Shown here one piece after another: positions 22,901 through 34,119 of a stretch of 64,000 bases of DNA. The notes beneath the pieces were generated by a model, which had not been told where the DNA came from, searched no databases, and was given only the letters and a program-made list of their open reading frames with translations. The DNA lies in NCBI RefSeq assembly GCF_036321535.1, contig NC_087437.1, positions 119,476,001 to 119,540,000 on the forward strand. Reading direction: 5' to 3'. A program made the translations under genes and the position numbers. The DNA comes from Camelus dromedarius. Lineage: Eukaryota. Within the stretch, counting starts at the first letter, position 1; every line of letters begins with the position of its first letter.

Positions 22901-25900
22901 AGCACGGCGCCCGGCGCGTGCACCTGCGCAGCCTTGGCCGCCACAGCCCTCGTTACGCAGCGTCATCTCGTACGAGTAAGGTAGCTCGAAATTTAAAAAA
23001 GCAGGGAAGGACCGTGAAGAAATGGGGGATGGAACGAGGGAGGACCCGCAAGTGTGTGCGTGTACGCCGTGGAGCATCGCGTGAGTGCGCACGGGAGGGC
23101 ATCGGGAGGATTCTGACTGTCGGCCTGAGCGACTGGGGACAACAGAAGACGGGGAGAAGGAGTGAAGCCAGTGGGGGGGACCTGGCAGAAGCTAATGACT
23201 TCTATTCCGGCGTGTCTGCGTTCTCCTGGACGGTGCTGCTCAGAAGACTGGTGCCCTGTTGAAGGTGGATTCCCAGGGGAGATTGGGGGCCAGGCTCAAG
23301 CTGAGCTGGGACTTGGGGAAGTTTGGCATCTCTGGTCACACTTTGAAAGCATTTAAGTGGACAAAAGCCAGCTTCAGACCCAGGTCGCTCTGGGTGCTAC
23401 ATGGGTCTCTCTTCTCCCAGGGGCACCCATGGGTATCCTGCACGGGAGGGTGGCTCTGGGCTCCCCAGGGGCAGGCAGCTGCACACAGTGGCACTTGGAC
23501 AGAGGAGCTGCACTCAAGCGTGCTCCTCGGAAGTGGCCCCTGAAGACGGCACTAGGGCGCCCGTGGGATGAGCGGAAGCCATTCCAGGAAACGCCTCCGC
23601 CTGGCTGGCTTCCGGCTTCTCCCTGCGGCTGTTCTTGGTCCTCTGGGTCACACGTGCTATCGGCAGACAGAACACCTGTCTGTATCACGGTCTCTCACCT
23701 GGTACCGTGAGCCGGGCCACTTCTGAGTCGCGTGTTCACTGAACTGAGGATAACACGGGGTTTGTTTGTTTGTTTCTCCTGCAACTGTGCCTGTCCTTCT
23801 GTCACGCCTTGTCGCTGGCTTGGGGATTTGGCCAGGAGTCAGACTGAGAAATAGACAGTGGTGTGCGGGGGCCTGCTCATGCACCCGGGAGGAGCAGGCT
23901 TCCAGCGGGAGACCAACCAGACGATTATGGTACCCAGCCCGGCGAGCACCTACGTCGTGCCAGGCTCTGCCCTTCCGGACACACGCTGCCTCATTTACCC
24001 ACCCGCAGCCCTGTGACGGAGCCGTATCGCCCTTCCCTCGCAGGTGGGGAGCCTGGGGCATCCAGGGCTCCGGCGCCTGCCCAGGAGGGAGGCGGGAGTG
24101 GGAGCTGGCTGGTCTGCCCCCAGGCCTGCCGTTTTGACTCTCAAGGTGATAAAATGCTGAATTGGCAAATTGAACAGCTGGATGAAAATGGCCCAGTTGC
24201 TTGGAGGCAGAAGCCCTTGCTCTGGGTTCGGGCGGGTCACCAGGGCCCAGCCACATATCACATGTCCCAGCCTTCACGTCCTTCCCTTTCCTACAGCACC
24301 TGGTGGTGGAGGTCTGGGTACCCCTGATTCACGGACGAGAAAAGATGGTCACAGAGATGCATTAAGTTGCCCTAAGTCCCATGATATGCTAGGGGCAGGT
24401 TTAGGACTTGAGCTGTGGCCAGTCACCCTATAAAGGTCCTTCTCTTCCCCAGGAACCCTGTAACTGGTTTGAAGAGTGAGCAGGACAAGCAGGAGAGAGG
24501 ACAGGGAGGGTGTTCTCAGTGCGGGCGTTTTGGGGAGACCCCAGCAGACCTGTCCTATGTGTGGGGAAACTGAGGTAGTGGGTAATGAATGGGAGATGGC
24601 CTAGAAGGGCCCAATTGTGGAGGGAAGGCTGTGAACCCCAGGCCTGGGCACAGAGTTGGTCCTGGAGGCAGAGGGAGGCTCCATCCACAGGGAGCCATGA
24701 CAGACTCAGAGTCCCACCCGGGAGTCCCACTGGTCCAGGAAGTGCCCCTGAGCCTGTGGGGAGATTGATTTCTCTCACGTGAACACAGAGCCAGCACTGT
24801 GTGAGGTGCCCTCTCCACGGAACAGCAGAGAAAGTCCATGAAGCAGGTGGGGCCCAGGAGCATCCTTGGCCAGGCAGCTGACTTGGCCACGCCACTGAGT
24901 TCTTGCAAATTCCAAGTGCGGAAACACAGCAGTCCTCGAGCTGCTGCTTCTGAAGCCGTCCCCAAAATGCTCCCGCACAGTGGCAAGTGACGGATCCGAG
25001 CATCTCCAGCTCTGCCCGCGACGTGGAGGAGCACTGGCTGTTGGCCACTGGTTTCTGTTTGAGAAAGGTCATTAATGTCAACCTTCGGGGAAGCACGAAA
25101 GCCCACCGGTTGTCAGCCGAGCCCTGCTTCCAGCGCTCTCCGCACCTGCACTTGGACGCGAGCTGAGTTTTGCTTTGTTTTCCCTTCCTCTTTCACAGTG
25201 TGGATTTGGGGCTGGGAATACAGTCACCCAGTGTATCGGAGCAGTGATGCTGGCTCTCGTTAAACAGAGCCCACCTAGTGCAAGGCAGCCGGGAGCAGAG
25301 GCCCCGAGCTGGGCAGTGGTCCCGTGCGCTGGGCAGCCCTGGCCTGGCTGGCGGGGCAGCGCACCTAACCTTCGGGGCTGTCCTGATCGCAAGCCTCACC
25401 TGTGCCTTTTTTTGAGAGTTTGTGGCTTCTGGTCAGGGTGGTACTGTGATCTTTCTTTAATAGAAGGTGGCTCCAGTGTCATCCGGCTTTGCGATGTGTC
25501 CTGAGAGAAAGCTTTCTTCACAGACGAGCTGCAGGGGGCCCAGAGCAGCATCCTGGCCGGGTGACTGCAGGTTGGAGGTGACCGTTCCTCCCCTACCCTG
25601 CTGGCGGCTGCCTCTCCACCGGCCCCAGCAGGACCTTTCTTCTGGGTTTCGAGGCTCGGCACTTGGATTTTAACCGGCGTCGGGGACAGGGTTTTGGAAG
25701 TCATTGGAGGGAAGGAGGCCTCCCGATGCCATCCCAGGCCAGGTGGTGGTGGCCACGAGTGAGGTTCGGGTACCGGGAAGCCCACGTCTGGAGGTGGCAG
25801 TGGAGGGAACTTTGGTGCCGGGGCTGCCGCCTGCGTTCCACATTCCCTGCACGTCTGCCTGAGACTGTCACATGTGGGGACAGGTGCAGCCAGAGCTTCA

Positions 25901-27854
25901 GGAAACAGCAGACAGGCATCTAAATCCAGATCTCAGCCTTGGGGGAGCTGGTCCCCGGGGAGCGCACTTGCTTTGCCGCAGGCAAGGGCTGGGCACTGCT
26001 GCAGGGGTCGGCGTGGGCACATGGTGGGCACACGGGGGAGGGGTGGAGCTGTAAAGACCTGGTCGGCCACAGCATCCGTAAGGGCAGGTACCTGGAGCAG
26101 GTCATGGAACCAGACCAGGGATGTGCTGGCGTCCGCGTGGGGAGAGCAGCGTAGCCACCACGGAGAGCGGGGAGGAAGCCAGGCCACGCCGGGCTCACTC
26201 AGCAAGGCGTGGGGTCAGGCCCATCTCGTCATTTTCCCACAGAGCGCCCCACTGAGAGCCCCCCACCCCCCAGCTGCAGTCAGAACCCCACCACCCCAGG
26301 CCAGGAGCCTGCGAGGGAGGAGCTGGGCACACCACCTTGTGCCATGACTTGCTTCTGGGAAACACGAAAGGGAAACTGCGCTTCAGCAACTCAGCTGAGT
26401 GGCCCTGACAAGCCACTGTTCTGTCTGCCGAGTCTGCAGAGCAACTGGGCTTTGAAGGACAGGCAAGGAACTCGGTACTGGGGGGTGGAGGGAGAGCATT
26501 TTAAGATGATGGATTTCCCAACATTGGGGTGGGATAGGAGCCAAGAGGAGGTTGTGCGGGCCTCCTTGGGGTGTTTGTGGACACAGCATTATTATGCACA
26601 GTTCTTACTGAAATGGTGATGCCCCATCTCGGTTCAGAACCCTTCGACCCAAGCAGGCAGAAGAAGGCAGGGGCTGCTTCTGCTCAGAGTCAGGGCGAGG
26701 GCAGAACCTAGGAGGGCACTGGGGGTGGCAGGGTGGGGTGGGGGAAGCGGCGGACAGACAGAGTGACAGGAAGCTTGAAACATGAGGGAGACCAGGATGG
26801 TGAACTGGGGACAGGCCCTCAGGACAAGAGGATGGAAAGCATCCCTGAGTTGTGGTCAGGGGACCATCTTTAAGTCCATTTAAGTCATACTTCGGGGAAA
26901 CCGTCCAGAAGGCTTGCTGCTTTGTCTGTGGTCCAGTTGACTTCCAGCACGGAGCGCCTGCTAGAGCCCGTGTTCACAGCCTGACCACGTAAACAGCTGT
27001 TCTGAAGGCAGGACGGGCTTCCTGCCCCAGCACCCACTGGGGGCTGGCAGGGGGTGACAGGCTACTTGCATGGTTTGGGGACAAGCGATAATGTTCTCAT
27101 TTTGCGAGCAGTGCTCTCTCCCTGTGACTTAGAAGCCCTCACATGATGTTCAGGTCTGATGTGGTTAAGCCCAGCTTCCCAGACCTGGTTCCTGTTAATG
27201 TTGTCGTTGGCCCGGAAGCCCCCTTACTATCTTACTATTTTAGAAGGTGCAAAACACAAGAAAAAAGAGGTTTGATCTGTGGGTGTGGCTTTGAAGCATT
27301 AGGGGCAGAAGCAGGTAAAGGAAGAAGGGAATGTCATCGTTGTCTGGGAATGTGAACTTTTGTCCCTTTTTGCTCTTGGAGAGGGAGGAAGAGGGGTCTG
27401 GAGGACAAGGCAGTCTGTTCTCACCAAGAGCCCCTTCAGCTCCGGGCTGAGACTGATGGGGGGTGGGGGGAGGGCAGTGCAGCTGGGCTCTCTTGTAAAC
27501 ACTGGCATCTGGAGGAAAACCTGACTTCAGGTGCAGAGATGGTCCCTCTGTGTTGTTTTCGGATGGAGGTCGGCAGGATGCTCGGAGATTATTTGGCATT
27601 CTTATCAGTGCTTTTGGCATAATTTACATAATCAGAAGGATTTTTTTTCTCCATTGTTCTAGCAGGTTTAGAAGTCTGTGAAAAAGATCAACCAGTTCTG
27701 CTTTTAGAAGTACAAAAATACTGCAGTGATGGCAAACTGCTTCCGGCCTGACAGGCAGATGGAAATGACACCCATCTATTTTTCAAAACCTGTTCTGGGG
27801 CAGGGTCCCCACTGCCAGGGCTCTGACGAACTGGCCAGCCATGGAGCATGGGGG

Positions 27855-28272
27855 TGTTTGTGTGTGTGTACACAGTGTATGTACATGGTATGTGTATACA
27901 CGGTGTGTGTGTATGTGGTGTGTATGTACATAGTATGTGTGTGCATGGGTGTGTGTGTGTGTACATCATGTGTGTATGCATGGTGTATGCGTACATGATG
28001 TGTGTGTGCATGGTGTATCTGTATACACAGTGTGTGTGTACGTGGTGTATATGTGTACATGGTGTGTGTGTGTACATGGAGTGTGTGTGCACGGTGTGCA
28101 TGGTGTGTGTGTGTACATGGTGTGTGTGTGTACATGGTGTGTGTGTGTACATGGAGTGTGTGTGCACGGTGTGTATGTACATGGTGTGCGTGTGTGTACA
28201 TGGTGTGTGTGTGTACATGGTGTGCGTGTGTGTACATGGTGTGCGTGTGTGCACATGGTGTGTGTGTGCATG
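27855..28272. repeat. TG-rich minisatellite (units like GGTGTGTGTGTGTACAT)
   Basis: About 420 bp with recurring ACATGG spacers between TG runs. Confidence 0.9.
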
Positions 28273-31049
28273 CTGGGGGTGCACAGCAGGTTGTTGTCTC
28301 AGCATCAGCACCGGAGCTGCTCTGAGCACCCAGCCTAGCAGTGCTGGCTAAGGTGGCTGTGATTCCAGGTGACTGACATGGCCTGGGTGACAGGAAAGGA
28401 TGACCCAGCCACATGCCATCAGTGTTCTCTGGGACGCGGACCCACTGAGAGACAGCAGTTCTCACGATGAGAACAGACCAGGTCAGCTCCCGGGGATGCT
28501 GGGGCAGGGTCACCAGGCAGCCCCGTCCCTCCTCACAGAGTCTGACCAGCTCTGTGCCCCCAGCAGCCTTTGGAGGCATTCTGGAGCATTCCAGACGTGG
28601 GCTCTGGCTCTTTGAAAGTGGTCACAAGCTTATGCAACTAGATCCAGAATGTTAACCCGAGGTGGGTGCTCTGAGTGGAGGCTCCTTCCCTGCAGATATT
28701 TCAGGACACGCACAGGATCCTCGATCCACGTGAATGAGGACTGGCGGTTCAGCCCTCACTTGTGAGATGGAGAAAGCCGCTGGCACGTGGCTTGCATCTC
28801 CCGGGGTGCGGTTCGTCCCAGTCGCAGCTCCGGCCACCAGCCGTGATTAAACTTTCTACGCGCCCTCTCCTTGTGATGCTCCTCCAACGCGTGCTCTCCT
28901 TCTGCCTTCACAAACCACCCTTAAGGTCAAGCGCTCCTTCGTGCCCATTGCCTGGTGAGGACAGTGGGTTTAGGAAGCTGGAGGAACCTGTTCCAGGTCA
29001 CACAGCTACGTAGAGGCAGGACTCCAGGCAATGCAGGGTCTTAGGAGCCCATGGGAATCAGCTGGGTCAGCCTCAGACCGATTCGGTCAGAACTGTCTTC
29101 AAAGCTCCAGGAAGACTTGAGTGCAGGCAGTATCGAGGACCACAGGGCTGGCGGCTGTGCAGAAGTCCTTCACATATGGCGTCTGGTCCAAATTATTCCT
29201 CGTTGTTTGTGATTGTTGACTATTAAGAAGGCACAGGATTGGTGAATGGAGATGTGGCGTTAGCAGGACACATGCTGGAGTTTGTTGGTGGGGACGGATG
29301 AGGTGAGACCCGCTGTCCATCTACCCGCCTCCGAGCATCCTCTTCCCAAAGTTTGTTGCTGGGCCAGTGTGAGGGCACAGTCAGAGACACAACACTGGGA
29401 CACCCCCCTCCCTCAGGCCACCCGCCTCCCACGGTGGATACAATACCCCAGATATTGGAATGTGTTTAAGTTCTCGGTAAAGAAGAATTTCACAGACTTT
29501 AGGGTGAGAATAAACTCACCACTAAAGTGTCTGCAGTCCAGAGGTGCCTCCCTGCGCGGTGGGCACGAGCCCCAGCCAACACGCCAGTGGGGGCTTCCTG
29601 AGAATGACACTTCATGACATCGGAGCCCGTGGTCTGCGCTGAGCCCGCTCCGTGCGATCTCGGTACGGATGGACGACACTGGCACGCACAGGAGGTGTCT
29701 ACCCTTCCCTTCCAGAGGTGACTGAGCAGTCAGAACACGGTTTGTCCTCACCTGAGCCACCACGCAGCCTCTCCAGAGCACAGGTGTTTCTCTGTGCTCC
29801 CCCACCCCACTTCCCTCTCCCATCGCTCACCTGATTTGCCCTTCCCGGTTTCCAAACGCTGACAGTGATCTGGGGCACCTCCGCACTAACCAGATCGGAC
29901 GACCCTTCGATTGCATGATTTCCACGTCCCATGACATCGACGTGAATTGTCATCAGCTGGGTAGGAGTGTCTGCCTGCGTTTGCCCCTCTCAGCAGAGAA
30001 GACACACGGGGAGCCCGGTTACGCACAATGCAGGGTCCCCGATGTGTGCCGTGCGAGGGGCGGGGCGGAGGGGTGGGGCGAGTCCTGCTGGGCAGAGCTG
30101 AAAAGGCCTGGCTCTAGAATTCCGTGAGTCTGCCGTGCAAAATTCTACCATTAAAAAAAAAAAATTTAAGACACACCCCTTTGAGAACCGTCAGCGATCC
30201 GGGCTCAGCGCCCGTCTCCTTCCCGTTTGCTTGGGCCACCATGCTGCTGTTAGTGGTCACTGCTTAGAACCAACTGAAAATCATCTCATGAAACGGAAGA
30301 CCCGCTTCAGACTGAGGGAAGATTTGGGGCCAGGCTTTGCACGCCGTAAACTCGGGCCTAACCTCGGTAGCAACGCTTGTCGTGCACGTGGCATCTGCCG
30401 ACGGAATTCCCAGCCTCTGGCCCTACATGGGGGCCCCCGGCCGTTCCAGTAAGAACCTGCACGCGGGCCTCAGCCGAGCTTCAGTCGTCCGGGGAGGAAA
30501 GCTGCGCCGGACGCACATTTGCTGGGCGGGGCTCTGGAGCGTGGATGTCTTCTTTCATCGGGGAAACTGAGGCCAGACGGGTAGGCGGCCTGTGCAGGGT
30601 GGCTCTCTTGACATGAGCACGGGCGGGCATGGGGCCCCGGCTGCCTGGCGCCGCCTGCTCCTCGCTCCCCAGCGGTCCACGCCAGAAACGCCAAGTTTCG
30701 TCTTTCTTTTCTCATGTGCTTGCACGGAGCTTCATCTGTACCTTTAACCTCATTGTGGTGCTCCAGCCAAGCTTCATGCCCATGTGGACATCACAGGATA
30801 AGGTCTGAGAGTGACCCTGGGTTGGGGAAGGACTCCTGGCAGGGCTGCAAGCGGGCAGCTCCTCTCTCTTCTAGAACAGCCCCAGGCTGCCTTCTCAGAA
30901 CACCGCCCTTGAGAAGGCTGGCGGCTAAAAAGTGTGACTTTTACATAACGCTCATGTCGGAGGAAGGCGTTATCTTCAAGGGAAGCGGTGCCCTGGGGAG
31001 CCCTGGGAGGCCTGGCGGGGTGCGGCCGGGGTGGGCAGCGTGAGGGTGA

Positions 31050-31540
31050 GCGCGTTGATTCCCTGCGGCTGGGACCCAAATCACAACAAGCCTGGGGGCT
31101 TAAAACAACGCAGGTTTACCATCGGAAAGCTCCGGAGGTCAGACCTGTAACATCAAAGGGCTGGCAGGGCTGTGTTCCCTCTGGAGGCCTCAGGGAAGAA
31201 TCCTTTCCCCACTGCTCCCGCTTCTGGAGACACTGCCTTCCGGGTCCGGGGGCCCCTTCCCCCGCCCGCGTGGCATCCCTGCCGTGGCCTCGGGTCTCTC
31301 TCTCTGAGCTCTGTGTCCAGCGTCATGTCTCCTGCCACTACCTCTGACTACCGCCTCCATCCTTCCCTTGTCGAGACCCTTGTGATAATTGCGGGCCCAC
31401 CAGGATAACACAGAACAATCTCCCCACCTCCAGACTCGTAATTTAGTCCCATCAGCAAGGTCTCTTCGGCCGCGTGAGACAACACACCCACAGATGCCAA
31501 GGATTAGGATGCGCACCTCCTGGGGGACCATTACTTTGCG
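31050..31540 (-). mobile_element. MaLR solo LTR (MLT1-like)
   Basis: ggcttaaaacaac...ggaggtcaga...ctggaggcctcagggaagaatcc...ggattaggatgcgcacctcctggggg. Confidence 0.7.
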
Positions 31541-32615
31541 GGAATCCCGCCCTCCCCCACTCATCCACCCACTCATCCACCCTTCCCTGTACCCACCCGC
31601 AATTCTCCTCTCCCGAGACCAACTCTCCAGGCCTGAAAAGTTGGGGGTGCTTTGAACATGTTCCTGGCATGTCTGGTAAGAGTGGCAGACATGGGCTAGA
31701 ACATTCGATCAGCAAAGGGACTTTGAGACTGCCTTTTCTCAGGCTCCCACGGGGCAGGGTTGCCCGCGCAGGTGGCTCTCGAGGCTGTGGCTCTGGTGGT
31801 GGCCCTGGCAGTAACTTCCTGTCTTAACTAGGGTGGCGCTGAGGGAAGTCCGGGAGTGACGGGAGAACAGCCAGGCCAAAGCCTCTCTCTCGGCCGGCGC
31901 ACCCGCAGGCTGTCACTTCTCGTGCTAGGGGAGCTGGAGTCATTAATTCCGGAATTCTGGGGACAAACAACAACCTGGGGACCAAACTCACACACCTTCT
32001 GGTTCTGTAAGTGATGTTTTGTCGAAATAGCACCGCATCGGTTCATCCCATCTGGCTGGCTCCTTTAGTGGCAAAACAACGGAACTGAGTGGTTGTGACA
32101 GGCTGTGTACCCTGCGGAGTCTAACATGTGGGCAATCCAGCCCCTTCCAGAAAAGGTGCACCAGTGCCTGGCCTGCAGGACTGGAGCCTCGTCATCACCA
32201 CTGCCCGGCCGTTCGTTTGAGGAGCCCTCCCTGGGGGCCTCCATGGTGTGGGGGCCCTGCTGTCCCCAGGACTATGGAGGTGAACTGGGCCCGTGTGGCT
32301 TTTGGAGAGCTGGCCGTTGTCTTGCTTTCCTAACTTCATTCATGTGGGGAAACTGGCAAGATGCTGGAACCATGTCGTTGTGAACATCAGGTGCTTGTGC
32401 GCGGGTTTAATGCACACGGTGACGGGCCCCGGGGGTCCTTCCGCACTGTCAGTCCCACCACCGTCAGGGTCGCCGTTTCCTGGATGTGTCATTCTAACAG
32501 CAAAATCATGTCCAGGCTCACAGGACAGGAAGGGCAAAGGGTCAGGGTTTCCTGGATGAACCCAGGGAGGAAAGGGAGGACTCTGTGCCATGGTGACATG
32601 GGCCAAACTTGTTTA

Positions 32616-34119
32616 TTTTATTTTTTTTTGGAGACTTTTTTAAAAATTGAAGTATAGTCAATTTACAACATTGTGTTAGTTTCTGGTGCACAGCACAGTG
32701 ACTCAGTTACGTGTGTATATGCACTCCTTTTCATGCTCTTCTTCGTTACAGACTGTTACAAGGTGTTGAATATAGCTCCCTGAGCTGTACGGTAAATTCT
32801 TGTTGCTTATCTATTTCATATATAGTATTTTTTTTAAATTGAAGTATAGTCAGTTTACAATGTTGTGTCCATTTCTGGTGTAATTGTTCAGTCGTACACA
32901 TACATACACATACTCGCCTTCATGGTCTTTTTCATTGTAGGTTACTAAAAGATACTGACTAGAGTTCCCTGTGCTGTACAGCATAAGCTTGCTGTTTATC
33001 TATTTTATATACAATAGTTAGTATCTGCAAATCTCAAACTCCCATTTGTATCTGCAGATCCTGAATTCCTAATTTACCCCTCCACCACCCTCATTGCCCC
33101 CTGGTAACTGTAAGTTCATTTTCTATCTAACTAAGTTAATTTTCTAACTAAGTTCATTTTTGTCTTTTTTTTTCTAGATTCCACATATAAATGATATCAT
33201 ATGGTATTTCTCTTTCTCTTTCTGGCTTACTTTACTTAGTATGATGATCTCCAGGTCCATCCATGTTGCCACAAGTAGCATTATTTTATTCTTTTTATGG
33301 CTGAATAGTATTCCACTGTATAAATATAACACATCTTCTTTCTCCAGTCATCTGTTGGTGGACATTTAGGTTATTTCCATGTCTTGGCTGTTGTAAATAG
33401 TGCTGCTATGAACACTGGAGTGTGGGTATCTTTTCAAATTAGAGTTTCCTCCAGATAGATGCCCAGGAGTGGGATTGCTGGATCATATGGTAACCCTGTT
33501 TTTAGTTTTTTGAAGAATCTCCATAATGTTTTCCATAGTGGCTACACCAAACAGTGGAGGCGGGTTCCCTTTTCTCCACACCCTCTCCAGCGTTTATCAT
33601 TTGTGGACTTTTGAATGATGGCCATTCTGACTGGTGTGAGGTGATACCTCATTGTAGTTTTGATTTGCATTTCTCTGATAATTAGTGATATTGAGCATTT
33701 TTTTCAAACTCAAAATGGCTTAAAGACTTAAAAATAAGATAAGATACTATAAACCTCCTAGAAGAAAACATAGGCAAAACATTCTCTGACATAAATCTTA
33801 GCCATGTTCTCCTAAGGCAGTCTACCGAGGCAATAGAAGCAAAAGCAAAAATAAGCAAATGGGACCTAATCAAACTTGCAAGCTTTTGCACAGCAAAGGA
33901 TGCTATAAATAAAATGTGAAGACAGCCTGCGGACTTGGGAGAAAACAACTGCAAATGACGGGATTGGCGTGGGCTTAGTTTCCAGAACATGTAAACAGCT
34001 CACACAGCTCAATAACAAATGGGAAGAAAACAACCCAATCCAAAAAAGGGCAGAAGGCCTAAACAAACATTTCTCCAGTGAAGACATACAAATGTCCAAT
34101 GGGCACATGAACAAAAGGA
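32616..34119 (-). mobile_element. L1 insertion with 5' inversion (3'UTR and ORF2 end on -, inverted ORF2 segment on +) plus a nested L1 3' fragment
   Basis: Recognisable L1 ORF2 C-terminal and 3'UTR sequence; orientation switch at about 33704; TSD CCAAAC(T/A)TGTTTA at 32603-32615 and 34120-34132. Confidence 0.9.

Noticed and set aside
27855..28272. CRISPR-like repeat-spacer appearance
   Set aside because: Spacers are TG runs rather than unique sequence; no cas genes; eukaryotic intron.
27688..28579. His/Thr-rich and Cys/Val-rich ORFs resembling metal-binding proteins (also 16971-17991)
   Set aside because: Translations of TG/CA repeats, which lack stop codons in several frames.
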